Positions 1 to 11,865 of a DNA stretch of 30,910 nt are shown here, piece after piece. The number at the start of each line of letters is the position of its first letter. Position 1 is the first letter of the stretch. The notes under the pieces are model-generated. The model made no database searches, had not been told where the DNA came from, and worked only from the letters and a program-made list of their open reading frames with translations. Made by a program: the position numbers and the translations under genes. The stretch covers positions 1 to 30,910 of the forward strand of contig NW_021832509.1 of NCBI RefSeq assembly GCF_006345805.1, written 5' to 3'. This DNA comes from Octopus sinensis (Eukaryota).

Positions 1-115
1 TATATATAATATATGTATGTATATAGATATATATATATTGTATATATATACGCATATATATACATATATTATGTATATATTTACATGTGTACATATATAT
101 AAACATATATATATA

Positions 116-148
<33 letters not shown>

Positions 149-249
149 ATATTTATGCATATAATGTACATATATATGCGTGCGTGCATATGCGTGTGCA
201 CGAGTGTTGTTTTTATACATACACACACACATATGCATGTGTGTGTGCA

Positions 250-304
<55 letters not shown>
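1..304. repeat. Mixed (TA)n/(TG)n microsatellite, low complexity
   Basis: Degenerate TA/TATG tract followed by a pure (GT)n run at ~253-304. Confidence 0.95.
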
Positions 305-309
<5 letters not shown>

Positions 310-617
310 ATTTTTCGTATTTTTATACGATTCTACGTTTATCGATTCTAGCCAATGGCCTGTTGCCATGCTGATATCCGCCATATTTCCAGTGTGGTTT
401 TTGTTTTTCTTAACTACTTGATATCATATCTATTGATTTCCATAACTCTTACATTTCGCCTTATTTTTTATTTTACTTTTTATATATTTACATATCTATT
501 TCTTCGCAAGTTAAAATATTTTTTAAATGAGCGGAGAAGAGCGGATCAAGAGATACAGGATAATTTCATTAAGGAACTGATCATTCTAACAGTATTAATT
601 TTATGTAACTAACACAA

Positions 618-1160
618 AGGCAGCGAGCTGGCAGAAACGTTAGCACGCCAAGCGAAATGCTTAGCGGTATTTCGTCCGCCGCTGCGTTCTGAGTTCAAAT
701 TCTGCCGAGGTCGACTTTGCCTTTCATCCTTTCGGATTCAATAAATTAAGTATCGTGTGTACTGGGATCGATGTAATCGACTGGCCCCTTCCCCAACAAT
801 TTTGGGCCTTGTTCCTAGTGAAGAAATAGGTAGTAAAGAAATAGGTATTTCGTCTGCTGCTATGTTCTGAGTTCTAATTCTGCCGAGGTCGACTTTGCCT
901 TTCGGGGTCAATAAATTAAGCATCATGTGTACTGGGATCGATGTAATCGACTGACCCCTTCCCCAACAATTTCGGGCCTTGTTCCTAGTAAAGAAATATA
1001 TATTTCGTCTGCTGCTATGTTCTGAGTTCAAATTCTGCCAAGGTCGACCTTGCCTTTCATCCTTTCGGGGTCGATAAATTAAATACCAGTTCAGTACTTG
1101 GGTCAATCTAATCGACTGGCCCATTCCCCAAAATTTAGGGCCTTGTGCCTAGACTCGAAA
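618..1160 (+). mobile_element. tRNA-derived SINE family B, one head plus three tandem bodies
   Basis: Head GGCAGCGAGCTGGCAGAAACGTTAGC (A-box-like) and GAGTTCAAATTC (B-box-like). Core GACTTTGCCTTTCATCCTTTCGG..GATAAATTAAGTACCAG resembles the Meta/Sauria-SINE central domain. The body restarts at ~844 and ~1000. Confidence 0.85.
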
Positions 1161-1561
1161 TGAATATATTAGGATTGAAATTTACGTAAATGGTTTAAGA
1201 GAAGATTGAGTACCAGGAAGCAAAGATGGTTAAAAATATAGATGCATAGAGGGAGGTGTAGATTCATTACTAGATGGACATGCATATACACACTCAAAAA
1301 ACATATAATAGATATGTACATATGTGTGTATTTGGGTATATGTATGTATGAATGTGCATGTATTTATGTGCATGTATGTATTTATATATATGTATGATTA
1401 TAAATTACATTTAAATATATAAATAAGAGGAAAACATATGTATGTATGCACGTACGTATATTGATATACATGTATGTATGCATGTATGCAACTATGTATT
1501 TACGCATACATGTATGTATGTATGTATGTATGAATGTATGTATGTACAAGATATACACATA

Positions 1562-1800
1562 TCTTTTATATTTTACTTGCTTCAGGGATTTGTATGCGGC
1601 CATGCTGTGGCGCCGCCTTCAATAATTTTTAGTCGAACTAATCGATTTCAGTACATTTTGTAAAGCCTGGTATTAATTCTACCGACCTCTTTCACCACAC
1701 AGCTATATTACGGGAACGTCAACAAAGCAACATGGGTTGTGAAGCTGCGGTGAAGGACGAACACAGAAACAAAGGCATACATACACATATAAACACACAC
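1562..1800 (-). mobile_element. SINE family A, 3' part (diverged)
   Basis: Matches the TTTTACTTG..GGCCATGCTG..CCGCCTT..AGTCGA tail of the full copies at 7871, 21622 and 25741. Confidence 0.8.
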
Positions 1801-1834
1801 ATATACACACACACGTACATATATATATTCTTGT

Positions 1835-2041
1835 GTGTATGTGTATGTATGTATGTATGTATGTATGTATGTATGTATGCATGCATGCATGTATTTATGT
1901 ATGTATGTATGTATGTATGTATGCATGTGTGTATGTATGTATGTATGTATGTATGTATGTATGTATGTATGTATGTATGTATTCATGTGTGTATGTATGT
2001 ATGCATGTATGTATGTATGTATGTATGTATGTATGTATGTA
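1835..2041. repeat. (TATG)n microsatellite
   Basis: Directly visible tetranucleotide tract. Confidence 0.95.
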
Positions 2042-2359
2042 TTAGTGAGTAGACAAACGGAGGAAAATTGAACTGAACACATTTGGAAGGAGTTCTAAGA
2101 GCTGGACTCATGTTAGGAGCATCTAAGATATCCTACGAACACAGTAAACTTAAAGTGATGCGGAACAGTCAAACTAATAGCCACGTAAAGGCACCTTTAT
2201 ATATACTGACAGGGTAGATAACTGCCCCATGAGCGAAACAAAGTTAAAACACTGGACTGCACAGTTTCATCCTCCATGCACATAACATTCACACACACAC
2301 ACACACACACACATAGTTAAATTTCCAGATTTGGTTGGCAGAGATTTACAATCCTAACG

Positions 2360-2710
2360 GGTACCGTAATCTCAGAAGGTCAGGTATATTATTATATCGG
2401 TGCTTGTGAAACACATATTAAAAGAAGAATTTCTAATCACGAAAACCCATTTGGAGATAGCAAAAAGAGAAATAATACTAGCTTAAGCAAATTAATTTGG
2501 TCCATAAAAGAAAATAAATAGGAATATGAAATTACCTGGGAAATAATTAGTAGAGCTAAACTATAAAAGCAGAGCGGGAAAACGGTGAGAATTGTGTGTT
2601 GAAGAAATTTACCAAATTTTTACATCAAAATAAAAATTAATAAAGCATAGACGCGATAGCACGTACGATGTATTCATCAGTCTAAAAACCCGTTTAATCG
2701 ATTTGAGTAA
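2360..2710 (+). pseudogene. Decayed GIY-YIG endonuclease C-terminus of a Penelope-like retroelement
   Basis: Manual translation: GTVISEGQVYYYIGACETHIKRRISNHENPFGDSKKRNNTSLSKLIWSIKENK*EYEITWEIISRAKL*, then after frameshifts ELCVEEIYQI and RCIHQSK. This matches the PLE pattern YIG..KxRxxNH..TxLSKxIW..IxWxI..CxLCxxE..CxH. Stops and frameshifts are present. Confidence 0.85.
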
Positions 2711-2907
2711 TTGCACGATATGAAACACTAAAATTAGAATAGAAATCAGTAAACAATATCAAGTAGGGAAGCTAATTAAACTTCAACATAATTAAACTTA
2801 ATTCTAAAGATTAAACAAAAATAAGGGTATAAAATTAACGATATCTCTAAATTTAACTTAATTATAAATTTGCAAATTAAACAATAGAATAATAGCTCGT
2901 TCTTAAC

Positions 2908-2953
<46 letters not shown>

Positions 2954-2954
2954 T

Positions 2955-2989
<35 letters not shown>

Positions 2990-3035
2990 ATAGAGTAGTA
3001 GTAGTAGTAGTAGTAGTAATAGAAGTAGTAGTAGT

Positions 3036-3086
<51 letters not shown>
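2908..3086. repeat. (TAG)n microsatellite
   Basis: Trinucleotide tract lying in the putative 3' region of the Penelope-like element. Confidence 0.95.
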
Positions 3087-3310
3087 CAATAATACTATCA
3101 ACATACTCTAAGCAACCTGATACTAAATACGAATATTTCCACTCACCACTCAAAGAAAAAGACACATTTGCTGACTACTGACCCATTCTTGGACAGCTAG
3201 TCACTTGCTTTTTTCTCTAGCCAGCAGAGTTGAAAAGGTTAAAAAACTAACCTAACATGAAATATGTTGGTCGGACTTTAGTTCAAAAGAAATCTGAAAT
3301 GCAGTTAATA

Positions 3311-3404
3311 GTACCCTGAAGAAGCAGCAGTTAATACCAAAATGCACACCAAGATACAAACTTTTACAGAGTGCAATAAACTGCAGCAAAACATATGTAG
3401 GTAC
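3311..3404 (+). ncRNA. Type I hammerhead ribozyme motif (Penelope-associated, G12A-mutated)
   Basis: Stem I GTACC(3311-15)/GGTAC(3400-04); core CTGAAGA(3316-22) plus an extra A; stem II GCAGCAGTT/AACTGCAGC (8/9); AAAA in place of GAAA (3388-91); palindromic stem III CATATG; GTA cleavage triplet. Confidence 0.75.
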
Positions 3405-3549
3405 AGAAATGACGCGATTGACTGCAGAATAAAACTGGATATACAAACCTCTGTTCTAATTATAATGTATATATACATACATGCATACACACACCACACA
3501 CACATATATATATATATATATATAGATATTAATATATAATATATATATA

Positions 3550-3584
<35 letters not shown>

Positions 3585-4367
3585 TTTAAAATAAGGGAGA
3601 AAAATTTAATATTAATTTTGATTAATATCGATTTTAAATCCATGGTCTAGCATATTGAAATCTGAAGATTCAGAAAATTATATTATATACATATAAAAGT
3701 GATGACCACTACGTGGACATCACTTATGCTGGAAGTAGATCCGTTATAGTATTACAACTAAAAAAGGAATGTTCTCGAGAAAATTTAGCAAACGCCAGAA
3801 CGTAAGCGAGCATTCGCTATTAACATTTACGCAAATTACTTACACAATTGTCCGTAGCTCATCAGTATGATCGTCATTGCTAATATAGATTGCAGAACTA
3901 TACACGAGACGTCCGCATGATATTCACCATGTAAACCATCCAGATTTCTGAGTACCTACTTTCTTCTAATATATTATATATATATATTCTTTTGTTATCT
4001 TTACCGTTTTATACCATAGATATATATAATATATATATATATATATTATATATATATATATATTTGGTGTTGTGTTTTTGTATCTATATAGGTATGTATA
4101 TATATATATTTTTATACATTATATATATTATGCATTATAGATGATACATAATATATATAGATAATGTATATGTACTATATATTATATATATTGTACATTA
4201 TAGTTAGATAGACAGACAGACAGATAGCTAGATAGATAGATTCATACATATGTATATACATACATACATACATACATACATAGGTATGTAGTTCGGCAGG
4301 TATGTATACAAACGTCTGTACGTATTTATGTAGGTATGCATGTATATGTATGTATGTGCATTTACAC

Positions 4368-4390
4368 GTGTGTGTGTGTGTGTGCGTGTG

Positions 4391-4428
<38 letters not shown>

Positions 4429-4518
4429 GCGTCATTTCTGTAACTATAACTTCAATAATAGAAACGGTGGGGAAAAGTTTATCGGCACCCCCCTCACGTA
4501 CACACAGAAAACCTCATG

Positions 4519-4581
<63 letters not shown>

Positions 4582-4684
4582 TGTGTGTGTCTGTGTGTCT
4601 GTATCTGTGTGTCTGTATGTGTGTGTGTGCGTGTGTCTGTGTGTCTGCATGTACGTGTGTATGTTTGTATGCATGTATATGCAA

Positions 4685-4717
<33 letters not shown>

Positions 4718-4730
4718 CAAGCAGACAGGC
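4368..4730. repeat. (GT)n and (GATA)n microsatellites
   Basis: Visible tracts at ~4368-4425, ~4520-4640 and ~4685-4716. Confidence 0.9.
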
Positions 4731-5413
4731 AGACAAGGGAAGAGTGAGTTAGTGGGAGAGCAGGAAACCAAATAGCCGATAGATGCCGAATTTAAAATGC
4801 TTAATGTCCAATTATTGACATTTATGCAGATTCATGTGTGTGTATGTATCTGTATATACAAATGGATACATACATACATATGAGTGTGTGTGTGCATATA
4901 TATATATATGTGTGTGTGTGTATGTACGTATGTATATATAAATATATACATATATATGTGTATATATTTATATATATGTATATATAAATATAATAATAAG
5001 AGTAAATAATTTCTATAAAGGCCTTTAAAAAAACCCAATTATTTACTGGTAGAATTCGGTATGTAAATATAGCCGATTACCGGCAGGAACTTCTGTAAAG
5101 TTCAGTATATATATTGTATATAAGAAAAAGGGACAGGCAAAACAGGTTGCTTGACCGCATACCGAAAAAATAGAAATAGCAGTCAAGAATGCTTATTTCT
5201 ATCAAAGTTGTATATATAAATATATATGTGCAAATGTATGTATATATACTATACGTATATATGTAGATATATACGTATATATATGTGTATATATATACAT
5301 AAACACATATGTGTATATAGTTGTTTATATATATTTGTGTACATACATATATATATATATGTATATATATACGTATAATTATATATGTGTGTGTAATATA
5401 TGTATATACATGT

Positions 5414-5452
<39 letters not shown>

Positions 5453-5532
5453 TAATCTATATATATATATATATATATATATGAAAAAAACAAGTCAAAA
5501 ATAGAAATGCTAAGATGATTTTATAGTGAATC

Positions 5533-5576
5533 TTTCAGTACCGGTTTCGGCCATTTTGAGACCTTTTCAACTGTAA
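5533..5576 (-). ncRNA. Minimal type I hammerhead ribozyme motif with U3-A8 covariation
   Basis: Minus strand reads TTACAG-TTGAAAA-GGTC-TCAAAAT-GGCC-GAAA-CCGG-TA-CTGAAA: stem I 5/6 bp, 4-bp stem II, palindromic CCGG stem III, GUA site. The core has C3U and G8A. Confidence 0.6.
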
Positions 5577-5744
5577 CGATTAAATAATAAATTTTGAAAA
5601 ATTTAGAAAATTAGAAGAAAGGTTTTGTAAAGGAATACTTCCATAGTAGTGTTCAGATATATGTGGCATTCTGCCTTTCTCTGACTCCCTTGTTTGCACT
5701 TGTGCAAAGTAGTAGTAGGAACTCGTGTGTTCCTTTCCCACCCT

Positions 5745-5745
5745 T

Positions 5746-5833
<88 letters not shown>

Positions 5834-6050
5834 TATGCACATATATGTTTGTGTGTATATATGTGTCCTTATATATATATATATATGTATATAATGTATA
5901 TAGTGTGTGTATTATATGTGTATATGTATATGTGTATATATATATGTGTATATATATATGTATATATACGTATGAATGTATATATATATACATATATGTA
6001 TATATATACGCATATATATATTTATGTATATATATTTATGTATATAATTA
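5745..6050. repeat. (TA)n-rich microsatellite
   Basis: Direct observation. Confidence 0.95.
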
Positions 6051-6257
6051 AGTGTAGGGTTGTGTGTGCCTACGTTTATGATTATATATGATTATATGTC
6101 TGTGTGTGCACGTAATCCCTCCTATGTCTGAATATTTAATATGCAATATATTGCTGTGTATTTACATTTAAAAGCAAACAATGAACACAAAAAGATGAGA
6201 CAAAAAACCGAACTAACCATAAGTGAATGAGTAAATAATGATATAAATATAAACAAG

Positions 6258-6512
<255 letters not shown>

Positions 6513-6854
6513 TAAGCAATTGCCCATATATCAATAATAATCAGAAATTAAATATCAATACTTTTACTTTCACAGTAATTTCGAAAGCGAACAGAAGTAA
6601 TATATTTGTGAATAGAGAGACAAAAAAAAAATTATTTTCCAGTAGTTATATAATTATAATACAACAGAACGTGGCTGTTTTTTCTTTTTGTGTGTTCGCC
6701 GCCATATTTATTCAGACTGGCTTTGTGTCGCTGCAGAAACAAAAGCTGAAAACTATGTAATAATATGTTATGTGTATCATCAGTAAGATTTTTACGTGTT
6801 TGTTCTCAATGTATGCAAAAATGTCTGTATGTGTGAGTATGGAACGATGTTTTA

Positions 6855-7055
6855 TCATATATATATACATATATGTATATATATATCTATATAATATATA
6901 TATAATATATATACATATAATATATATGTTAATATATATGTGTATGTATATATACATATATATATGTATATATATATATTATATATATTATATATATATA
7001 ATATATATATTATATATATATATATGTATATATATATATAATATATATATATATA

Positions 7056-7110
<55 letters not shown>

Positions 7111-7125
7111 ATAAATATATATGTT
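6855..7125. repeat. (TA)n-rich microsatellite
   Basis: Direct observation. Confidence 0.95.
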
Positions 7126-7299
7126 ATATGTTTTATTTTGATTTTAATGGTATATTGTTCGTATTTCATTTATCTATTTTGATATTTAATATTTTTTCTC
7201 TAGTTTTTTTTATTGTGTTGTTGATTTTTGTGCTTTTCATCGTATTTGCAAAGCAAGAATAAAATATATTAACACATACATAAGTACACCACAAAACAC

Positions 7300-7344
<45 letters not shown>

Positions 7345-7453
7345 TCGCACACATACATATATGTATGTATAATGTACATCTATAAAAATTAGTATATGTA
7401 CAGATGTACGTGGATACATATATATATATACATATATGTATTACATAATATAT

Positions 7454-7484
<31 letters not shown>

Positions 7485-7870
7485 GATATACATGTATGCA
7501 TACATTTGTGGGTGTGTGAATGTGTACGTGTGTACGTGTGTGAGCATGTATGAGTGTATATATGTATGTGTACGTCTGCGTTCGTGTGTGATATCTCTCT
7601 CGTTGTTATCATATTCAATTTTCTGCATAGAATTTTCCCGCTATAAACCATATAAAATATTATACATGAGGATCTCGTGTCGGAAAAAACTCATCAGTTT
7701 TCTTCTGAGAAAGACAAAAGACTGAAAAATTATACGTCGTAATAATGAAGAAAGATTTTATCAATCTGTATGGAAATATTTTCCCATGAATAATCGTCTG
7801 TTCTTGATGTTGTTGTTGCTGTCTCTGTATGATTTATGATGTATGGGTGTATATTCTTTCATTATTTATG

Positions 7871-8089
7871 CTCTTTTACTTGTTTCAACCATTTGACTGC
7901 AGCCATGCTGGAGTACTGCTTTTAGTCGAACAAAATCTATGCAAGGACTTATTCTTTATAAGCTTAGTATATCTTCTGTCGGTCCCTTTTGCAGAACCGC
8001 TAAAATACCAACATCGGTTGTCAAGCAATGGGGACACACACACACACAGACTCACACATACACAAATATAAACACACACACACAACAAA

Positions 8090-8134
<45 letters not shown>

Positions 8135-8373
8135 TACATACATACATACATACATACATACATACATACATCATACATACATACATATATACATACGACG
8201 GGCTTCTTTCATTTTTCCTTTATCAAACCCTCTCCCAAGGCTTTGGTCGGCTCGAGGCTATAGTAGAAGACATTTGCCCAAGGTGCCACGCAGTGGGAAT
8301 GAACCCGGAACCATGTGGTTCGTAAGCAAGCTACTCCTAAGCCTATGCTTACCACACAGCCACTCCTACGCCT
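7871..8373 (-). mobile_element. SINE family A, full length (tRNA head, CORE-like segment, internal microsatellite, tail)
   Basis: Reverse complement starts AGGCGTAGGAGTGGCTGTGTGGTAAG (A-box), then GGTTCATTCCC (B-box-like) and CCTTGGGCAAATG (CORE-like). Internal (CA)/(TACA)n; tail ends GAAACAAGTAAAAGAG. Confidence 0.9.
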
Positions 8374-8475
8374 ATGTAATCGACATATATTTGTATATAT
8401 TGCAAAATTTGTTTATATTTATTTTATTATAAATACAAATCAACACCACGGAGGAATCAACGTAAGCTTAAATAA

Positions 8476-8545
8476 TAAACCGCGATAGGTAAACCGTGAT
8501 AGGTAAACCGCGATAGGTAAACCGCGATATGGCGAGGGATTGCTG
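8476..8545. mobile_element. Tigger/pogo-like DNA transposon terminus with 14-bp subterminal tandem repeats
   Basis: Four copies of TAAACCGCGATAGG, then GCGAGGGATTGCTG|TA. The reverse complement TA|CAGCAATCCCTCGCCATATCGCGG is typical of pogo/Tigger TIRs at a TA target. Confidence 0.6.
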
Positions 8546-9231
8546 TATATACAATTTTTTGTCATTTATGTATCCCGTCTCGCCCCCCTCACCGCACACA
8601 CTTCCGGTGCGATTTTGTCCAACATTTTTTGCACTACGCACTTAACACTAGCTGGTACCTTTTCGGTAAAATAAATATTCTTGGAAATTTATGAATTTAT
8701 GAAATTTATGAATTTTTTGGCACTACGTACTTAAAACGATGGGAAAAGCCTTGAAGGTTAAAAGAAATTCTTTGGAAATCGGCGATTACCATAACAATTC
8801 CCTCTTCCTTTATTCTCAAAAAGAAAATGAAGCGTAATTTAGAAGTGAAATTTTTTTGAACTTTTGCATTAACCCAGCCCCACCTTACGTCCTAAAATTT
8901 CAGTTTTTTCAAAAATTTCTTTTTAATCATGGTGTTAAAATACGGTCAGTTCGAATCTGCAATTTATTTCTTCTTAAACTTTGAAAATAATTTTCAGACG
9001 AAAAATTGATTAAAGGGAGTTTTACCTATTGTTTCCAGCACACCCTACGACCACCTGCTCTCTCTCCTTCGTTTCTTTGTCATTCTGACATGTATTGATT
9101 TTTTTTTTTTTCAATATTTTTCTTCCCGTAAACACATTTTATGGAATGTTGATGCGGTGTTTAGAACTTGAGCAACAATAAGGAAAAAAATATTTAAATC
9201 CTTAACCCCCACATCGAACGAGTCAGTGCAT

Positions 9232-9301
9232 GAGTGTGTGCGTGTGTGTGCGTGTGTGTGTGTGTGTCTGTGTGTGTCTGTGTGTGTGTCTGTGTGTGTG
9301 T

Positions 9302-9365
<64 letters not shown>
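9232..9365. repeat. (GT)n microsatellite
   Basis: Direct observation. Confidence 0.95.
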
Positions 9366-9369
<4 letters not shown>

Positions 9370-9926
9370 AAAATCATATTTACTAACAGAAAAGTATGGT
9401 GTTAAAATATATCATCTTTTACATACCTTTTTTCAATCACTATCGTCCTAATGTAATTCCTTACACACATGCATAGGCACACACTGATAAACACACACAC
9501 ACATACACACATTCAGCGTGAGCGATATAGTTGTGTATAGAGTAATAAAGATTATCACGAGAAAATGAAATAGAGATCTTTTCTGTTGTCAACATATTTT
9601 GAAACTTTTAAATTAAGTGAAAATTTTAAAATTTAGAATGGCAAGGAAAGGATTTCAAGAATCCTAGTTGATTTATTGACTAACCGAACGATTAATTAAA
9701 CAATCATTGAGTTAACTGGTTAAATGATTAACCAATTGACTAGCAAAAATAAAAGAAGTTAAACAGAACGACGCGTGTGTTTATTAATGGCATTATGACC
9801 TTCCCGGGATACAACAAACTTGTCTTAGTGTTTCTTTATCTCTTTGAAAACAAGTGATTGTCGCACTGTCTCGTCTGATCAAAGTGTAGTGTCTGAATTG
9901 GCCACAGACTCAACACAACACCAGCA

Positions 9927-10425
9927 GCGTGGAGGCGCAATGGCCCAGTGGTTAGGGCAGTAAGAACGCAGTTTCGATTCCCGGTCCGGGCATTGTGAGT
10001 ATTTATTGAGCAAAACCACCTAAGCTCCAAAAGGCTCCGGCGTGGGAGGGTGGTGAACCCCGCTGTACTCTTTCACCACAAATTTCTCTCACTCTTTCTT
10101 CCTACTTCTGCCACAAAGCAGAGGAACCATGGTGTAACCCACTATGGTGTGGTAAACTTTCAGACCCTAGTCTAGATTGCGAATCCTCTGTACCCGAGGA
10201 TGGTTCAGCTCTCCACCCGTTAAAAAAGCCACCGTTTACGGAATGAGGATAACAACGTAGCTTTAGCGCCCGTGCAACCGCCAGTCTATCGCGTGTGGTG
10301 GGAGGGTCTTCAAGAATGCCACACGCACTCTTAGTAGCTTAGAGTAGGCTCGAATTAAGAGATTATCTTTTGTGGCTAATGGTGTGAATCCTGATTGGAA
10401 GAAGAAGAAGAAGAAGAAGAAGAAG
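9927..10425 (+). mobile_element. tRNA-derived SINE family E with (GAA)n tail and 9-bp TSD
   Basis: Head GGAGGCGCAATGGCCCAGTGGTTAGGGC..GTTTCGATTCCC; 3' (GAA)n tail; TSD ACACCAGCA at 9918-9926 and 10426-10434. A short tandem-repeat tail suggests an RTE-type partner (inference). Confidence 0.85.
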
Positions 10426-11065
10426 ACACCAGCAACACGATACGAACTAATAATTTCCCCATAAGTTATCTGTTGCACTATAAACCAGGCAACGATGCTA
10501 TTCAAACAGTCTTGATATTGCTAATAATACATACCTTAGACGATGTGGTGCTAAGAGTCTTTAAATAAAGCGATGGGGAAAAGAAAATATAACTTAACCG
10601 AACTGAATATTGATTAAGCAACAGTTGATAATAACCGAGTATGGAATCTCACTTCACAAAAAGAATTAACATTGTGTGTGAAAAACAATAAAGCGAAGAG
10701 TAATTGCGTTTTAACAGTTTCCGTTTTTACTCTTACATAAGTTGTCTTACGTGGAGCAAAAAAGCATATAATAACGATTGTGTATATTTTATTAAAACTT
10801 TAGTTTCGAGAAAAGAGGCAGGAGAGCCGTATACACAGTTTGCTCAGATAGCTCGAGGACTTAGGGTATAGAGACCGTAAGAGGTTTTGAGGATGTTAAA
10901 AGTGTTAATGTTCAGTGAAATGGGAAGAGATAAAGAGAGTTTGGATTACGAAGAAGTGCAGTCTTTGAGAGCGATGCCGAGTTGAAGACACAGTTTGAGA
11001 ACATGTATGTAGTGGAAGGAAGTTAGATTAGAAAACAAGTATTTATTGAATATTATATATATATA

Positions 11066-11273
11066 GGCGTAGGAGTGGCTGTGTGGTTAGTAGCTTGCTT
11101 ACCACCACATGGTTCCGGTTCAGTCCCACTGCGTGGCACCTTGGGCAAGTGTCTTCTACTACAGCCTCGGGCCGACCAAAGCCTGTGGTGGATTTGGTAG
11201 ACGGAAACTGAAAGAAGCCCGTCGTATATAATATATATATATAATATATATATATATATATAATATATATATG

Positions 11274-11310
<37 letters not shown>

Positions 11311-11592
11311 TGTATGTATGTTTGTATGTATGTATGTATGTATGTATGTATGTATGTATTATGTATGTTGTGTGTGTGTGGTGTGTGTTTGCGTGTCTGT
11401 GTTTATCCCCCAACATCGCTTGACAACCGATGCTGGTGTGTTTACGTCCCCGTAACTTAGCGGTTCGGCAAAAGAACCCCGATAGAATAAGTACTTGGCG
11501 TACAAGGAATAAGTCCTGGGGTCGATTTGCTCGACTAAAGGCGGTGCACCAGCATGGCCACAGTCAAATGATTGAAACAAGTAAAAGAGTAA
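11066..11592 (+). mobile_element. SINE family A, full length
   Basis: GGCGTAGGAGTGGCTGTGTGG..GGTTCAGTCCC..CCTTGGGCAAGTG, internal (TA)/(TATG)n, tail CCAGCATGGCCACAGTCAAATGATTGAAACAAGTAAAAGAG. Confidence 0.92.
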
Positions 11593-11865
11593 TAGATATG
11601 TAACTATTCATATGTATGTGTATATGTATGTGTGTGTGTAATATCAGAGGAGCGAGGTTTAGAAAGTGTGCTTCAAGCAATCCGTAGAAAATATGAAAAG
11701 AAAACGACTTTCAGGAACAATAATTTATTGGTGTGGAAAGTTGTATATTTTCCCATATGGAAGTACGATGAGCAGAAAAAATCATTTTATAGTTCACGAT
11801 TGCCAGCCAGGGTTGCTGGGGATGCGAATAAAAAAAAATCCAAGAACTAAGGAAAGGAGTAGATG

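Noticed and set aside
3810-3875. Minus-strand CTGATGA-GCTA..TAGC-GAAT hammerhead candidate
   Set aside because: The second core is GAAT, and no stem I or stem III partner could be found.
7685-7700. Minus-strand CTGATGAG
   Set aside because: No correctly placed GAAA or closing stems.
8476-8531. Possible CRISPR or iteron array
   Set aside because: The repeats are contiguous with no spacers, the context is eukaryotic, and they abut a transposon TIR.
10860-11040. Possible CR1/Jockey-like LINE 3' remnant on the minus strand
   Set aside because: The resemblance is too degenerate to support without an alignment.
11066-11135. tRNA-like sequences with A/B boxes (also 9930, 17120-17188, 25280-25345)
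   Set aside because: They are SINE heads that continue into repeat bodies; no complete cloverleaf, so not called tRNA genes.
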